The notes beneath the pieces are model-generated. The model saw only the letters and a program-made list of their open reading frames with translations, was not told the origin of the DNA and searched no databases. Made by a program: the position numbers and the translations under genes. From Candidatus Poribacteria bacterium (lineage in GTDB: Bacteria; Poribacteria; WGA-4E; WGA-3G): 64,000 nt of DNA. Below, piece after piece: positions 38,156-48,289 of this stretch (position 1 is the stretch's first letter; the number at the start of each line of letters is the position of its first letter). Location: positions 960,076 to 1,024,075 of the forward strand of contig OZ246958.1 of NCBI GenBank assembly GCA_965232115.1. Direction: 5' to 3'.

Positions 38156-39185
38156 AAAGCCGTTGACATACGCCGATGCGGGTGTCTCATTTGAAGCCGA
38201 AGCCGAGGCGATAAAACGGCTAAAAGGACTGGTTCAGACGACCTATCGTCCCGAAGTACTCAGTGATGTTGGAAGTTTTGGCGGGTTGTTCGCACTTAAA
38301 GCGTATGACGAACCTGTTCTCGTCTCCAGTACAGATAGTGTCGGTACGAAATTAAAAGTTGCGTTTAAAGCCTCGCGACACGATACCGTTGGGTTTGATA
38401 TTGTTGCCCATTGTGGAAACGACATCGTTGTGCAGGGTGCTGAGCCGCTCTTCTTTCTTGATTATATCGGCATTAATAAAGTGGTGCCATCGGTGATTGA
38501 GCAGGTTATTGACGGTTTGGCATCGGGTTGCCGGGAGATTGGATGCGCGCTCATCGGTGGTGAGATCGCGGAACTCCCTGACTTCTACGCCGTTGGTGAA
38601 TACGATTTGGTTGGTACAATCGTCGGTGTAGTAGAAAAAAAAGATGTGATTACTGGCGATACAATTACACCTGGAGATCAGCTCATCGGGTTAGGCTCGG
38701 CGGGTTTACATACTAACGGCTTTTCGTTGGTGCGTCGTATTCTGTTTGAACGGTGCAACTACGACGTTGACACCTACCTACCAGAACTCTCAGAAACGGT
38801 TGGGGACACCCTCCTCGCGTCCCACAAGAGTTATGTAAAATCTGTGTTGGCACTCCGCGAGGTATGTCAGATTAAAGGACTGGCGCATATCACCGGTGGT
38901 GGGCTCCCGGCGAATGTGCTGCGGATTCTACCCGATGACTGTGTAGCCGAAATCCAAAAAGGGACGTGGGAGATTCCGTCTATTTTTTCGTTTTTACAGG
39001 CAAAAGGGGACGTTGAAGACGCAGAGATGTATAGGGTTTTCAATATGGGAGTTGGGATGGTGGTCGTCCTTTCGCCAGATGATGTCGATATTGCGCTATC
39101 GTCTCTCAATGCATCTGGAGAGTCTACCTACCTCATCGGTGAAGTGGTCGCAGGCGAAAAGGGGGTACGAGGTGTCACTTCCTAA
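38145..39185 (+). CDS. purM: Phosphoribosylformylglycinamidine cyclo-ligase (AIR synthetase)
   Basis: 346 aa with LTYADAGVSFEAEAEAIKRL...GGLFAL...VSSTDSVGTKLKVAF. Confidence 0.9.
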   Translation: MADKKPLTYADAGVSFEAEAEAIKRLKGLVQTTYRPEVLSDVGSFGGLFALKAYDEPVLVSSTDSVGTKLKVAFKASRHDTVGFDIVAHCGNDIVVQGAEPLFFLDYIGINKVVPSVIEQVIDGLASGCREIGCALIGGEIAELPDFYAVGEYDLVGTIVGVVEKKDVITGDTITPGDQLIGLGSAGLHTNGFSLVRRILFERCNYDVDTYLPELSETVGDTLLASHKSYVKSVLALREVCQIKGLAHITGGGLPANVLRILPDDCVAEIQKGTWEIPSIFSFLQAKGDVEDAEMYRVFNMGVGMVVVLSPDDVDIALSSLNASGESTYLIGEVVAGEKGVRGVTS

Positions 39186-39201
39186 TACAGACGCACAGGC
39201 G

Positions 39202-39933
39202 ATGTCTCCGCTTTTAGATGAAGCTGCGCTAAAAGAATTGGTGGTTTTGCTTGATGAGACCCATCCACAAGTTGTTTTGACAGCGTTCCAAAATGTAGAC
39301 GACACCGATGCTGCTGTGTTTTTTGTGATGTGTGCCCACTTGGAGAGTGACCTCATCGGCAATGCTCTTGCTGCATACGCCGGGAAACTTTTCGCGCAGT
39401 TACCCTTCGACAGGAAGGTGAGTATTGCTGAGCAGATAACTGCTACAGAGGTCATTGATGCTGAACGTGCGACTCAAATATGGCATGAGCATATCGCTAA
39501 AATTAAGGAGACACTCCAGCAAACCACTTTCTTAGGGAAAGGCACAACAAACCTTGCCAAATTATTATCCTACATGGATGTAGCGGAACAGAATCAGTTG
39601 TTGGAAACTTTGGCAGAAAAAAACCCCAAGATGGTAAATAGTGTCTCTGAACAACTGTTTACCTTTGAGGGTTTAGGTGAATTAGAGAACGAGGCGATTA
39701 AAACCGTCCTGAAAGTACTCGACAAGCAAACCTTAGCGGTTGCGTTGCACAACGCGCCCGTTACAGTACACGATCGATTCTTTGAGAATATGTCTGGGTC
39801 AGAGGCAGAAGCACTGGAAGCGGAAATCGCAGCACTGACGTTTGAACAGACGCAAATCGCTGAGACAGCCCGTCAATCTGTTGTCAATTTAGTGCGGAAT
39901 TTCGCAGCAAAGGGGTTACTGAAAATAGGGTAA
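39202..39933 (+). CDS. FliG C-terminal / MgtE N-terminal-like domain protein (stand-alone)
   Basis: IKTVLKVLDKQTLAVALHNAPVTVHDRFFENMSGSEAEALEAEIAAL resembles the FliG C-terminal armadillo-like motif. The start is at MSPLLDEA after the purM stop. The annotated 306-aa ORF overlaps purM in another frame. Confidence 0.5.
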   Translation: MSPLLDEAALKELVVLLDETHPQVVLTAFQNVDDTDAAVFFVMCAHLESDLIGNALAAYAGKLFAQLPFDRKVSIAEQITATEVIDAERATQIWHEHIAKIKETLQQTTFLGKGTTNLAKLLSYMDVAEQNQLLETLAEKNPKMVNSVSEQLFTFEGLGELENEAIKTVLKVLDKQTLAVALHNAPVTVHDRFFENMSGSEAEALEAEIAALTFEQTQIAETARQSVVNLVRNFAAKGLLKIG

Positions 39934-39982
39934 ATTCTGTCCTGAAGTAAGGACGGAGACGCTACATCAGTAAGTGGTATTC

Positions 39983-40942
39983 TTAGTTATCCTTAAGCTT
40001 GAAATCAACGGGTATTTCGACTTCCAGACTGATCGGTTCTCCACCTTTTGTAGCGGGACGAAAGGTGCTCTTCTTTAAGATCTCAATTGCCGCTTCCTCA
40101 AATCCAAACCCGAGGCTTGTCAGTGCTACAATGTCTCGTGGAATACCATTTTCGTCGATAGTTACTTTCAGAATAACCTTGCCTTCTTTCTCTGCTCTTT
40201 TTGCTGCATCTGGATAATAATCCTTCGGATCCGGAATGTACTTCCTTGCTGGTGGAACAACACCAGGTTCAGGCTCGAAATCGACACTCCCCAATCCGGG
40301 GCCTGCTTCTAATGAGTCACCGACATCAAGTTTGTTAATCAGTGATGGTGCTTCACGCTGAATTTCAAAGCCCTGTGTCTTTGTCTCTGGTTCCAATGAC
40401 CGCGAGGGTTGGGCGAAATTTCGCTCGACCTCTATCATTTTGGGACCTTCGTCTGCGCCAGGTGTTGACAGGTCAACGGTTGCTTCCGCGCCTTGCGGGA
40501 TGACGAATCCGTCCCTTGAGGGCAATTGTGAAGTGGCGGTCGCAAGCGGGCGCTGAATAAGAACTTGCTGCTGTTGTGGTTTTGTTTCAAACTTTGGTGT
40601 CTCTCTGCGTCGGAGTCGACGCTTGGTTTTTGGCTCTTCTGTGACGATGCTAATATCAAACGTCTCTTGATTCATTTCAATCTGCTCGGCAATAAAGAAA
40701 GCACTAATAACAAACCCAATAATTACGTGAAATGCGATTGCTACTGAAAACGCTGTGGAACTCCGCCCGACGTGCTTTTGTGTGATCGGATGCTTCACTA
40801 CGTTTGCTTTTGCAGTGGAAATACCTTGTTGTTGACTGGCATCCAGCGAAACCTTCTTCAGTGCAACAAAACGCTTCGGTTTTTTGCGCTCTGCCCGACG
40901 TTGCCGCATTTCAGTAAGCATGCCGGAAGTTCTGCTACTCAT
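39983..40942 (-). CDS. TonB-family energy transducer
   Basis: It has an N-terminal TM segment, a Pro-rich linker (EPEPGVVPPARKYIPDPKDYYP) and a C-terminal TonB domain (GIPRDIVALTSLGFGFEEAAIEILKKSTFRPATKGGEPI). Confidence 0.7.
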   Translation of the reverse strand: MSSRTSGMLTEMRQRRAERKKPKRFVALKKVSLDASQQQGISTAKANVVKHPITQKHVGRSSTAFSVAIAFHVIIGFVISAFFIAEQIEMNQETFDISIVTEEPKTKRRLRRRETPKFETKPQQQQVLIQRPLATATSQLPSRDGFVIPQGAEATVDLSTPGADEGPKMIEVERNFAQPSRSLEPETKTQGFEIQREAPSLINKLDVGDSLEAGPGLGSVDFEPEPGVVPPARKYIPDPKDYYPDAAKRAEKEGKVILKVTIDENGIPRDIVALTSLGFGFEEAAIEILKKSTFRPATKGGEPISLEVEIPVDFKLKDN

Positions 40943-41210
40943 CTGTCTTCCTCCTATAAAAAGAAGAACCTATGATTTCGGTTCGGAACCTGTCTATATG
41001 GACCCGATTCTAAGAGGTTTAACTGAAACGGGTCTGTGAAAAAACTAAAAACCATTTATAATCGCACGTACTTATTTTGACATCAAATGCTAAGAGAAGG
41101 TTTAATGGTCTCTATAGAATATAGCACAATTTGGATATAAAACGCTCTAATTGTACCACATTTCTCTTTTTATGTCAATTTTTTCAAATTCGATGGATTT
41201 GGTCTTCACA

Positions 41211-43541
41211 TTAGGGGTTCCACCAATAGGTCATCTTTGCCACAACCGTGGAATCCAGGAGTGTAGATTGTGTTGCGCCATCGGTATCGTAAGTCTGATT
41301 GAAAACGAAATAGAAATCGCTTCCAGGACGATAGATGTAATTAACCAGGAAGTTCATAGACACAACGTCTGCATCCGTATTCCATTGTGCAAAGACTTTT
41401 GCGAAGAGTTCCGTGGAAAAGGAATAGTCGAGTCTACCTCGGAAAAGATTGACATAAACAGGATGAGGTTCTCCGTCGGTGAAGTAAGTTACAGGCAGGT
41501 CAACGATCTGATTAAATTGGTATTCTGCCCGCATAGCGATATTTCCATTCGGTTTAAGGACGGTTTCTATAGAGGCTCTGCGAACTTCACCCTCGTAGAA
41601 ATCCTCAATACCGACATCCAGCGTTCCACCAATTACTCGACTATCATTACTGGAGAGACGGACACTGTATGTGTTAGTGTGGTAGCTGCCTATTGGAATT
41701 TCTACACCGTCCCGAAAATCGAAAATCTCGTCCAACCGCTCAAAACTGCGCCTACCCCTGAACATGATATAGTCACCGGTGTTGAACTCAAACCAATTGA
41801 GATAGGAGATATCCCATTCTTGCACTTTGTTGTCGTGATCGAGCAGATAATTCATCTCGGGTCCTGTCCAAACCTGCCGTACCCCGAATTTTTGGGGTCT
41901 TGGTGTCCAGCGCATCTCGCTTCGGAAATGACGGATGCCGGTACGGCGGACGTATCCTACGGCGGGATTGAAATCCTCGCCGATGTCGGTATATGAACCC
42001 TCTACACGAAAAACATTGCTCTGCCATTGGGAACCGAGATACCAAGAGTTGTTTTGCCCAAACATACTGGACGTCCCGGGTTCGGCAGTCAATGCCCACA
42101 TACCCCGTACATTTAAACGATCACTGGGTCGATATTCAAAGTCGAGACCGCCGGCGCGGTTGTAATCCCCGAATTCGTCTTTATTGACGCCAATTACTCC
42201 GACCCGCGAACCCGCGGCAATGTCTTTTGTGAGTCGAAGCACGGAAAAGTTCGTTCGGGGTACATTGACAGGATCATCATCGGTAATGTCATCGTGGAAT
42301 TCATCGGTAAGGACGTTGAGAAACCCAACCCCGTAAGATCCGATTTTACCTGTTGTTTTTCCACCGAAAATAATAGGAATGGCGTTTCCTTCAGCAAGTC
42401 CAATGCGTCGACTATAGAAGAGGAGCATCGGTGGGGGTCGGCGGAAACTCGTCCGCGGGACTCCAAAATCAAAAAGTCCTGCGCCTTCCAAAAAGAACGG
42501 ACGTTTTTCGGGGAAGAAGAGGCTAAATCGGGTGAGATTTACCTGTTCGTCATCTGCTTCAACTTGGGCAAAGTCTGTGTTATAGGTAATATCAGCGGTG
42601 AGGTTTGAAGTGATACCATATTTTGCGTCAAAACCGAGTTTAAATTCGCGGGTCGTTTCGAGGTTTGCGTCGTCGTCACTGACCTGGGCGATTCCGGGCA
42701 GAATATAGGGGAGAACTTCTAAGTTTCGGGAGGGTGCGATCCCTTCTAATCCGACGAGGCTTCCGACGTGTGCTGTTCGGTATTTGGCTCTACCGCCGTA
42801 AGAGGAGGGGACGGGATTCCAGATTGCTTCTTCTCGTGAACGGGCGATCCCACGTCCGGCATTGATGCCCCATGTCATTGGATCGTTCTTTTCAAAGCGG
42901 AGTTGACTAAACGGAACGCTGAGTTCCGCCGTCCAGTAGGAATCGTTGATTTTCGATTTGCATGCGACGACAGCATCCCAATCCGAGTTAAATGTATCAC
43001 CACTGTTCGTAATAGCTCTGTCTTGTACTGCACCGAGAGCGTTCATCCGAAAGAAAAAGCCGCTCCGTTTGTCGTTATATGTGTCCAATAGTACGAAAAC
43101 ATTGTCATTTTCGTGTAGGTCGCGTGAATCTCGGCGCATTTCATTGGCGATGAGTTTGGACATCTCCGAATCGTAACAGGTGAAACCGAAATAGATGTTT
43201 TCATCGTCGTAGAGAATCCGGAGTTCCATTGGTTCGGAAAGGTCTTCGCCTTCATAAGGCTCGACTTGGATAAATCGGTCCATAACCTCTGCGTGCTGCC
43301 AATCCTCTTCCGTTAAATCGCCATCAATCTCAATGCTCTGGTAGGTACGGTATGCTTTAATCTGCTTGTTGTGCAGTTCGGCGTGGACGCTAACAAAACC
43401 GTTCAATAGCGTAACAGCAATCAAAAAAATTGTAAGTCTCTGAAAGTGTAGTAAAGAAGATAGATACTCGTTCACAAACGTTGCCTCCTTTGAGGGGCCC
43501 TCAATTTTCGTTTTTTGCCCATTTTCATTAAAAAATCGCAA
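41211..43541 (-). CDS. DUF5916 / carbohydrate-binding-family-9-like domain outer-membrane protein (paralog 1)
   Basis: It has a signal peptide, then a CBM9-like region (YRTYQSIEIDGDLTEEDWQHAEV...IYFGFTCYD). It is about 60% identical to the neighbouring paralog. Confidence 0.6.
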   Translation of the reverse strand: MRFFNENGQKTKIEGPSKEATFVNEYLSSLLHFQRLTIFLIAVTLLNGFVSVHAELHNKQIKAYRTYQSIEIDGDLTEEDWQHAEVMDRFIQVEPYEGEDLSEPMELRILYDDENIYFGFTCYDSEMSKLIANEMRRDSRDLHENDNVFVLLDTYNDKRSGFFFRMNALGAVQDRAITNSGDTFNSDWDAVVACKSKINDSYWTAELSVPFSQLRFEKNDPMTWGINAGRGIARSREEAIWNPVPSSYGGRAKYRTAHVGSLVGLEGIAPSRNLEVLPYILPGIAQVSDDDANLETTREFKLGFDAKYGITSNLTADITYNTDFAQVEADDEQVNLTRFSLFFPEKRPFFLEGAGLFDFGVPRTSFRRPPPMLLFYSRRIGLAEGNAIPIIFGGKTTGKIGSYGVGFLNVLTDEFHDDITDDDPVNVPRTNFSVLRLTKDIAAGSRVGVIGVNKDEFGDYNRAGGLDFEYRPSDRLNVRGMWALTAEPGTSSMFGQNNSWYLGSQWQSNVFRVEGSYTDIGEDFNPAVGYVRRTGIRHFRSEMRWTPRPQKFGVRQVWTGPEMNYLLDHDNKVQEWDISYLNWFEFNTGDYIMFRGRRSFERLDEIFDFRDGVEIPIGSYHTNTYSVRLSSNDSRVIGGTLDVGIEDFYEGEVRRASIETVLKPNGNIAMRAEYQFNQIVDLPVTYFTDGEPHPVYVNLFRGRLDYSFSTELFAKVFAQWNTDADVVSMNFLVNYIYRPGSDFYFVFNQTYDTDGATQSTLLDSTVVAKMTYWWNP

Positions 43542-43631
43542 GAGGGAGTTTACCTCTACAGCGAAATGTCCGGATTCGGCACCGTCCTAAAAAACTAAAT
43601 TCCCTTAATCAAACAGGTTCTGGCACTTCTA

Positions 43632-45896
43632 TTATGGGTTCCACCAATAGGTCATCTTTGCGACAACGGTTGAATCCAACAGTGTAGACTTCGTGGCACC
43701 GTCGGTATCATAAGTCTGATTGAATACGAAATAAAAATCACTTCCCGGACGGTAGATATAATTGATTAGGAAGTTGGTAGATACAACGTTCGAGTCAGTA
43801 TTCCATTGTGCGAAGAGTTTTGCGAAGATTGCCGTGGAAAAAGAGTAATCAAGTCTACCCCTGAAAAGGTTGGCGTAGACAGGACGGGGCTGCCCGTCGG
43901 TAAAATACACTTCTGGTAGGTCCACCACCTGGTTAAATTGATATTGTGCGCTCAAACTTATATGCGGATTCGGTTTAAGAGTCGTTTGGATATAGGCTCT
44001 ACGCACTTCGCCTTTGTAGAAATCCTCGATACCGCCCCCGAGAGTTGCGCTGATTGGACGGCTATCACTGGTGGAGACACGGACGCTATATGCGTTAGAG
44101 GCGTAGTCGCCTATCGGAATTTCCACGCCGTCCCTAAAATCGAAGACTTCGTTGAGTCGCTCGAAGGTGCGTCTGCCGTTGAAAAGGATATAGTCTCCAG
44201 AGTCGAATTCAAACCAATTGGTATAGGAAACGTTCCATTCTTCTAATTCATTGTCGTGATTGAGGATATAGTTCATCTCTGGTCCGGTCCAGATCTGTCG
44301 AATTCCGAATTTTTGGGGCATTGGGGTCCAACGCATCTCACCGCGGAAGTGCCGGATGCCGGTACGTCTCACATATCCGACAGCGGGGTTGAAGTCTTCG
44401 GCAATATCAGTATACGAACCCTCCAGACGAAAACGATTACGCCGCCAATTGGAACCGATATACCATGCATCATTTTGTCCAGACGCATTCGGTTCAAATG
44501 TACGGGACCACAAGCCGCGGATGTCCATGCTATCGTTGGGACGGTACTCAAAATCGAAACCGCCTGCGCGATTGTAATCCCCGAATTCGTCCTTATTCAC
44601 AGCGATCATTCCGATCCGCGAACCCGAAGCTACGTCTTTTGTGATTCGCATCACGGAATAGTTAGTGCGCGGGATGTCAATTGGGTCATCGACCGGGTCG
44701 GCATCGTAATATTCGTCTGTCATGACGTTAAGGAACCCTACACCGTAGGAACCGACCTTACCACTCGCTTTTCCGCCAAATATAATCGGAATCGCGTTTC
44801 CTTCAGCGAGCCCAATGCGTCGGCTATAGAAAAGGAGCATTGGTGGCGGTCTACGGAAACTCGTCCGGGGCACTCCAAAATCGAAAAGACCAGCACCCTC
44901 CAAAAAGAACGGACGCTTTTCAGGGAAAAACAGGCTAAATCGGGTGAGATTTACCTGTTCCTCATCTGCTTCCACCTGTGCGAAGTCAGTGTTATAAGTG
45001 ATGTCAGTGGTCAGGTTTGACGTGATGCCGTATTTGGCATCAAAACCTACCTTGAATTGTCCTTCGGTTTCAAGTCTTGCATCATTCCCATTAATTTGGG
45101 TCACACCGGGCAGGATATATGGCAGCACTTCTAAATTTCGAGACGGAGCAACGCCTGAAAGCCCAACAAGTTTTCCCATGCTGGCGGTCCGATACTTTGC
45201 CATGCCCCCATAGGACGCTGGAACAGGTGCCCATATCATCTCTTCTTGATTTCGCGCGAGTTCGCGACCGGTGTTCATACCCCACACTATCTGATCGCTC
45301 TGTTTAAAACGGAGTTGACTAAACGGAATACTAAGCTCGGATGTCCAATAGGTATCGTTGATTTTCGACTTACACGCCACAACTGCATCCCAATCCCCGT
45401 TGAGCGTGTCGCCGCTGTTCGTTACGGCTCTGTCCTGTATTGCCCCAAGCGCGTTCATCCGAAAGAAAAAGCCGCTTCGCTGGTCGTTATATGTGTCGAG
45501 TATCAAGAACACAGTGTCATTGTCGTGCAGGTCCCGAGAATCGCGGCGCATCTCATTCGCAACAAGTTTTGATATATCCGAATCAAAGCAAGTAAAGCCG
45601 AAGTAGATGTTCTCATTATCGTAGAGAACCCGGACCTCCATTGATTCGGAACCGATTTCGCCTTCGTAGGGCTCAATTTGCACAAACCTGTCAATTACTT
45701 CTGCGTGTTTCCAGTCTTCTTCTGTTAAATCTCCATCGATTTCGATGCTTTGGTAGGTCCGATACGCTTTAATTTCGTGATCTTGCGATTCAGCGTTGAT
45801 GCTGGTGCTATTAATCTGAAACAGCGTGACGATAAGAAAGAGAATAGTGAGTTTTCGGAATGCCGAAAAAGAAAATAGGTGATCGTCCACAAACAT
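43632..45896 (-). CDS. DUF5916 / CBM9-like domain outer-membrane protein (paralog 2)
   Basis: It is a tandem paralog of 41211-43541 with the same motifs and the same C-terminal ...MTYWWNP. Confidence 0.6.
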   Translation of the reverse strand: MFVDDHLFSFSAFRKLTILFLIVTLFQINSTSINAESQDHEIKAYRTYQSIEIDGDLTEEDWKHAEVIDRFVQIEPYEGEIGSESMEVRVLYDNENIYFGFTCFDSDISKLVANEMRRDSRDLHDNDTVFLILDTYNDQRSGFFFRMNALGAIQDRAVTNSGDTLNGDWDAVVACKSKINDTYWTSELSIPFSQLRFKQSDQIVWGMNTGRELARNQEEMIWAPVPASYGGMAKYRTASMGKLVGLSGVAPSRNLEVLPYILPGVTQINGNDARLETEGQFKVGFDAKYGITSNLTTDITYNTDFAQVEADEEQVNLTRFSLFFPEKRPFFLEGAGLFDFGVPRTSFRRPPPMLLFYSRRIGLAEGNAIPIIFGGKASGKVGSYGVGFLNVMTDEYYDADPVDDPIDIPRTNYSVMRITKDVASGSRIGMIAVNKDEFGDYNRAGGFDFEYRPNDSMDIRGLWSRTFEPNASGQNDAWYIGSNWRRNRFRLEGSYTDIAEDFNPAVGYVRRTGIRHFRGEMRWTPMPQKFGIRQIWTGPEMNYILNHDNELEEWNVSYTNWFEFDSGDYILFNGRRTFERLNEVFDFRDGVEIPIGDYASNAYSVRVSTSDSRPISATLGGGIEDFYKGEVRRAYIQTTLKPNPHISLSAQYQFNQVVDLPEVYFTDGQPRPVYANLFRGRLDYSFSTAIFAKLFAQWNTDSNVVSTNFLINYIYRPGSDFYFVFNQTYDTDGATKSTLLDSTVVAKMTYWWNP

Positions 45897-46138
45897 TGCC
45901 TCCTTCGGAAAAAGGGATCTTATTGATATTGAGCTACTTTTAATAATAATTTAGACGCTTGTTTTGAAAATAGGTGTATTTATTTATGGTAAGGTTTAGA
46001 ATTAATTGGACACTCCGCACCGGCGAGGTTAGGAAACCTCGCCTACCAGGGGAAAAGTGTCTATTTATTTTTAGGTTTTACTGTAAAAAAAGAGGAATTT
46101 TGGATGAGGACTTGATGAATCTCACTGGCACAGGTTAA

Positions 46139-48268
46139 TCAAAATTCGAGCGTCAGTGCGATGAAGGGAACGATAGGTAATTGCGCGATCGGTACCTCTT
46201 TTGTGTAATCTTGATTGTAACGGACTTGAAGGATATTAGTACGGTTATAAGCATTCCACAGTTCAAAGGTGACTCCGCCTTTCCAGTTGTTGATGTGAAT
46301 GAAGTACCAATGGAATTCCTCAATCTGAAGAGACCGATGGAACCGTAGATCCAAGCGATGATATGCTGCGGTGCGTTCTGGATCGCCGTAGATTGGCAGC
46401 CACGTCTCGTTTTTTGTAAACGGATTGGTATAGGGTTCTCTATCTAACAACGGTGAATACAAAATGCCGCTCTTATATTGCCAATTCGCGCCAAATTCCC
46501 AAGATCCCAATAGATAATTCAGACCAATTCCCAAAACATGTGGTGTGCTATACATATAAAAGCGCTCCTCGTCCCTTGGTGAGTCTTGACGTTTGGAGAT
46601 GGTATAGGCATAGGAGAGCCAACTCCGAAAGGTGTTACCGATTTCATGTTCCACTGAAATTTCAATGCCTCTGACGTATCCAGTCCGCTGATTCTGATAG
46701 CGGCTTTCGGATTCATTGTAGGTAATCATATCTTGAAGGTCTTTGTAATAACCAGAGACTCCTACCCTCATTTGTGAGCCTAAGGACTTCTGCGGTTTTA
46801 GCACTTTTTCCAAAGTTACAACATAATGCCTTGCGAGGCTTGGGGCAATCTCTGGATTTTCCTCTCCAAGTACCACCTGGTAAAGCTGCGGGTTCTGCGT
46901 ATAAACCCCGTACATGAAGCGGAGGTCTACTGGGAAGAGGGATAGTCCATCGGTGTTGGTCGAATCTTGACCGAGTGTTACCCCCAGCAGTCCGCGCGGC
47001 TGCAGTGAAAACGTGTTTACCAGATTGAAGTGACTCAACCGCATCCCGACAGTCGCATAGAAGTCAGTATAACGGAACGAAGGCAGGTCCTGCGTTGCTT
47101 GCAAATAGCCTTCAATGCGCCTCAAGGCTTTGGATGTCGATGTGAAAATTTTTGCGCCATCTCGCTTGAGCCTAAAGTTATAATCTGGATCCCCTTCTTC
47201 AAATGGACGTGCACCGCCGCTAACGAGTGTTGAAGGCAGAACGGAAAGGGCAAAACCCGACTCCAATAACGTCATCGGGAACTTAGCCCAATACTCAAGG
47301 TCACCGCGCAAAGCATAGGTGCTTTCTGAGGTCCCATAGAAGTAACCTTCGCCAAAATTAAGTGTTGTCCGAGAAAACGAGCGCGTCAGAGATACAACAG
47401 AGTTGAACTGATTCTCTTTCTCAGAATAGAAATGGATACCCTGTGAATCGAACGGGTTATCCGAGCTCAGGGGTCCCTGCAGATCGCTTTCAGACACTTC
47501 GTCAGTAAAATTAAATTGAGCGGAATCGTCTGCCGCAATTGCATTAATGACTAATTTGTGAATGCTGCTTAGTTGATAGACCGCTTTTCCCTGATAACTC
47601 CAGAAACTCGGTACCTCGGTTACCGAGTCGTTTTCGATTTCCAATAGACGAGGTAGCAATTCAAAGAGCGGCTCCATATAACTCCGCCGTCCAAAGGCGT
47701 ACCAGTACCCGCGTTCTCCTACGTTTCCTTCAAAGAAGGCTTGTCCATATACTGGGTTAAAGTTGACTGTTCCTCCGAAAGGCGTATCGGTCCGCGTGCG
47801 AGAATGGATGTCAATCACGGCTTGTGAGTCGGAACCGAATTCTACCCCGTATCCACCCGGATAAACTTCAATATTTTCAATTACCTCAGCGTTGACTGTC
47901 GAAACAATTCCTTGGAGGTGATATGGGTAACCTAACGGCAGTCGGTCGAAGTAGTAAAGATTATCTTCAGGTCCGCCCCCGCGTACGGAGAGGATTCCGA
48001 CGAAGTCGTTTAGGAGGCCGACACTTGGGAGGCTGTTTAGCACGCGGATCGGATCCCCGCCGCTCCCCATCGCACTCCGGATTTCCCTACCGCTGAAGGT
48101 ATGACGCGGCTTCTTCTCTAACCGTTGGACTTCAACCGGGATTGGGTCTAAACGGGTAACCTCGCCTGATGTGTCGTTCTCAGTTGGATCCAGCTTTTCG
48201 GTATCATCGGTTTGTGCAAAGGCATTCAGTGTACCTACCAGCATCAAAAGAATTAATATATATCTCAC
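46139..48268 (-). CDS. TonB-dependent receptor-like outer-membrane beta-barrel
   Basis: It has a signal peptide, a plug-like region (VLNSLPSVGLL...RGGGPEDNLYYFDRLPLGYPYH) and a C-terminal aromatic residue (LTLEF). Confidence 0.7.
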   Translation of the reverse strand: MRYILILLMLVGTLNAFAQTDDTEKLDPTENDTSGEVTRLDPIPVEVQRLEKKPRHTFSGREIRSAMGSGGDPIRVLNSLPSVGLLNDFVGILSVRGGGPEDNLYYFDRLPLGYPYHLQGIVSTVNAEVIENIEVYPGGYGVEFGSDSQAVIDIHSRTRTDTPFGGTVNFNPVYGQAFFEGNVGERGYWYAFGRRSYMEPLFELLPRLLEIENDSVTEVPSFWSYQGKAVYQLSSIHKLVINAIAADDSAQFNFTDEVSESDLQGPLSSDNPFDSQGIHFYSEKENQFNSVVSLTRSFSRTTLNFGEGYFYGTSESTYALRGDLEYWAKFPMTLLESGFALSVLPSTLVSGGARPFEEGDPDYNFRLKRDGAKIFTSTSKALRRIEGYLQATQDLPSFRYTDFYATVGMRLSHFNLVNTFSLQPRGLLGVTLGQDSTNTDGLSLFPVDLRFMYGVYTQNPQLYQVVLGEENPEIAPSLARHYVVTLEKVLKPQKSLGSQMRVGVSGYYKDLQDMITYNESESRYQNQRTGYVRGIEISVEHEIGNTFRSWLSYAYTISKRQDSPRDEERFYMYSTPHVLGIGLNYLLGSWEFGANWQYKSGILYSPLLDREPYTNPFTKNETWLPIYGDPERTAAYHRLDLRFHRSLQIEEFHWYFIHINNWKGGVTFELWNAYNRTNILQVRYNQDYTKEVPIAQLPIVPFIALTLEF

Positions 48269-48289
48269 GTTCCTGGGTCCTAAAAATGA

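Noticed and set aside
39013-39201. 5' extension of the FliG-like ORF overlapping purM (annotated 306-aa ORF)
   Set aside because: The extension is in a different frame over the well-conserved purM C-terminus. The first Met after the purM stop (MSPLLDEA at 39202) is the more plausible start.
41151-41996. 281-aa plus-strand ORF overlapping the DUF5916 gene
   Set aside because: It lies entirely antisense to a well-supported 776-aa gene. It has no ribosome-binding site and a low-complexity translation. It is a typical shadow ORF.
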